From: Bacteroidia bacterium
GTDB lineage: Bacteria > Bacteroidota > Bacteroidia > NS11-12g > UBA955
DNA: 64,000 bases
Reading direction: 5' to 3'
Assembly: GCA_023228875.1 (NCBI GenBank)
Contig: JALOAG010000009.1
Span: 22,362-86,361, forward strand
Positions 62,182 to 64,000 of this stretch are shown here, piece by piece. A program made the position numbers and the translations under genes. The notes under the pieces are model-generated. The model was not told the DNA's origin, searched no databases, and was given only the letters and a program-made list of their open reading frames with translations. Position 1 is the first letter of the stretch; each line of letters begins with the position of its first letter.

Positions 62182-62952
62182 TCATTTACATTTCTTACAG
62201 TATAAGTAAATCATATCTTCTACACTTTTGTCTCCCATTCTTTTTGCTTTCAGTAGGTCTGCACAAGGGTCTTCTAAACAATCAATTTTTTTTCCTAATC
62301 TTTCGTTTGTAGGTATTTTATTGATTTTTTGAACACCACGATTTGCGTATGCTTCCATATAGTTTGGGTTGTATTTTATTGCTAAATCAAAATCTTTAAT
62401 TGAGCCGTCAATATCCATTATGTTACTTTTAGCTGTTCCACGCAAAAAATATCCTTCATAGTCAGTCGGAACAAGTTCTAATAACTTGTCAAAATGTTTT
62501 ATGGCTTCTTCATCTTTACCAATTAACATTTTTATTCGTCCTAAATAGTAAAATGCAGCTTCAGCTTGTTTTCCTGTTGAGTCAAGCTCCAGCACCTTAT
62601 TATAATCTTTAATTGCCTTGTCATAGTCTTTTTTGTAAGAATATGTTTTTGCTCTGTCTGTATAAGTCGCTGGGTCAAGTGAGTCAATCTCAATTGCTTG
62701 GTTAAAGCAAACAATAGCACTATCATACTTACCTTGTCCATTAAGTGAAAATGCTTTGTAAACGTATGACATTTTAAGTCCATTCTTGGTTTCTCCTTTT
62801 GATATTGCTTCTGAAAAGTATTTCTCAGCTTCACTAAATTTCTCCGCTTTAAGAAGTCTTACACCTTCGCTAAATGCTTTTTGTGCTTCTTCTTGTCCAT
62901 TTACAACAAATGTTGTCAGTAAAATTGTAATGGTTAGTAGTAAGTATCTCAT
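62182..62952 (-). CDS. Tetratricopeptide-repeat lipoprotein/secreted protein
   Basis: ATG 62952 gives the signal peptide MRYLLLTITILLTTFVVNGQ, followed by about five TPR units (AxxYxxxGxxxxxxGxYDxAI). Confidence 0.7.
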   Translation of the reverse strand: MRYLLLTITILLTTFVVNGQEEAQKAFSEGVRLLKAEKFSEAEKYFSEAISKGETKNGLKMSYVYKAFSLNGQGKYDSAIVCFNQAIEIDSLDPATYTDRAKTYSYKKDYDKAIKDYNKVLELDSTGKQAEAAFYYLGRIKMLIGKDEEAIKHFDKLLELVPTDYEGYFLRGTAKSNIMDIDGSIKDFDLAIKYNPNYMEAYANRGVQKINKIPTNERLGKKIDCLEDPCADLLKAKRMGDKSVEDMIYLYCKKCK

Positions 62953-63360
62953 TGTTGTCGTCTTTTTAAAATGGTGCATAAAGGTTCGCGGCTTGGTGCA
63001 GTGCGGGATTTTTAGCACTACTGTTCATACGAAGAACAAAAGTTTGTTTAAGCACAAATGTTTCTACGAAGCACTTCGCCCCGCATTGCACCAAACCGCT
63101 GTGCCTGTTGCACAACCACACCCATAACTTCATTAGGCAAATATAAATCAATTATGCATGTATTAACAAAAGTGCAATAAGTATGCATAATTAATTGATT
63201 GTCAGTGTTGTATATTTTGCCTTAAAAATTTCTTTTCTTATCTTTGATGCATGCAGGGACGTAAGGATATTCAACCAAAAATGTTGTATCAAGTAAGCAT
63301 TGACAGCTTGGTACCAACTGACAATTTTTATCGCTTATTATCACAAACCCTTGATACAGC

Positions 63361-63570
63361 ATAGCGCGAGCCATGCAAAAAATAGAGGCAACTGCGCAAA
63401 ACACCTTTCGTTTTTTTATTGACTACATCACAACGCTCACAACTCCTATATAAACCACCCAAAAAACCAACTTAAAAAGCATAGTTGAAAAAACAAGTGT
63501 GCTTAAATCGCTTCTAATGAAGCCGTTTTTGATGTTTTTTTCTTTTTTTAGAGAGTTGTGCAACAGCTAC
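63361..63570. repeat. ~209-bp direct repeat, copy B
   Basis: See copy A. The similarity to the partial copy at 60757 continues ~20 bp past the end. Confidence 0.85.
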
Positions 63571-63708
63571 TGATGTTACAGGCTGGCGTTCTTTAAATCG
63601 TATAATTTGTTTTATTTTTCTCCATTAAGACATACTCTTTGGCAAGCTTAACTTTGAGTATTGTCTAATAAAACTTGCTAATGTGCATGTCTGATATTTT
63701 GCTATTCA

Positions 63709-64000
63709 TTAAAATTCAAATATAAATCCAATTGAAGGAACAATTGTAGCTGACCTTTGGTTTAAAATTAAAGGAATACCGTTACTGCCGTCTGATTTAA
63801 TAGGTTGACCATCTGTTGTTTTAAAACCTGTATTGTCATCGGTCCTTTCAAAAGTAAATTTCGGTAAATAAGGTGTTTTGTAGAACAAAATATTTTGAAA
63901 ATCTACAAATACATCTAAGCTCATTTTTTTGAAATTGAACTTTTTATCTGCTCTCAAGTCCAATTGGCTAAAAATAGGAAGTCGTTTGTTGTTCAGTTGT
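63709..64000 (-). CDS. Outer-membrane beta-barrel/TonB-dependent-receptor-like protein, C-terminal fragment (5' end beyond window)
   Basis: The frame is open to the window edge. The C-terminus ends ...SIGFIFEF with a terminal Phe and alternating hydrophobic strands. Confidence 0.45.
   Translation of the reverse strand, partial: QLNNKRLPIFSQLDLRADKKFNFKKMSLDVFVDFQNILFYKTPYLPKFTFERTDDNTGFKTTDGQPIKSDGSNGIPLILNQRSATIVPSIGFIFEF

Overview
This 64-kb window reads as a chromosomal segment from an AT-rich Bacteroidota genome. The lineage call rests on three things: a fused ccoN-ccoO cbb3 oxidase gene, a T9SS C-terminal sorting domain, and a PcrB/GGGPS-family gene. Coding density is high and there are few long intergenic gaps.

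Most of the window is housekeeping. It carries gdh, trxA, folE plus a PTPS/QueD gene, purD, guaB, nrdJ (class II RNR), uvrA, glmS, metK, a cbb3 oxidase cluster (ccoS, ccoNO, ccoQ, ccoP, ccoG, ccoH and a DsbD_2/TauE-like gene), eno, carA, groES-groEL, ppk1, corA and mazG.

Accessory content falls into five areas. (1) A tightly packed nine-gene minus-strand operon at 2683-6251 made of small redox and sulfur-chalcogen proteins: thioredoxin, a small Cys-motif membrane protein, a Tll0287-like (DUF3365) c-type heme lipoprotein, two DUF2892 proteins, two tandem TehB-like SAM methyltransferases, a rhodanese and a DUF302 protein. (2) Two Wzx/Wzy-type polysaccharide loci, one with GT4 and a flippase, the other with flippase, Wzz and Wzy. 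(3) A U32 peptidase translationally coupled to a ferredoxin. (4) A LytTR two-component system next to an LtaS-like sulfatase. (5) A tRNA-Leu(GAG) at 60451-60534 followed by a small islet holding an Mrr-type restriction endonuclease and a TPR lipoprotein. Those genes are separated by near-identical ~209-bp direct repeats plus a third partial copy, all sharing a GTTGYRCAAC palindrome.

I found no rRNA, no CRISPR array, and no transposase or integrase. The ORF track uses alternative start codons, and its coordinates include the stop codon. Several starts were therefore moved to internal ATGs (gdh, nrdJ, metK, the sulfatase, the TPR lipoprotein and the His-rich protein).
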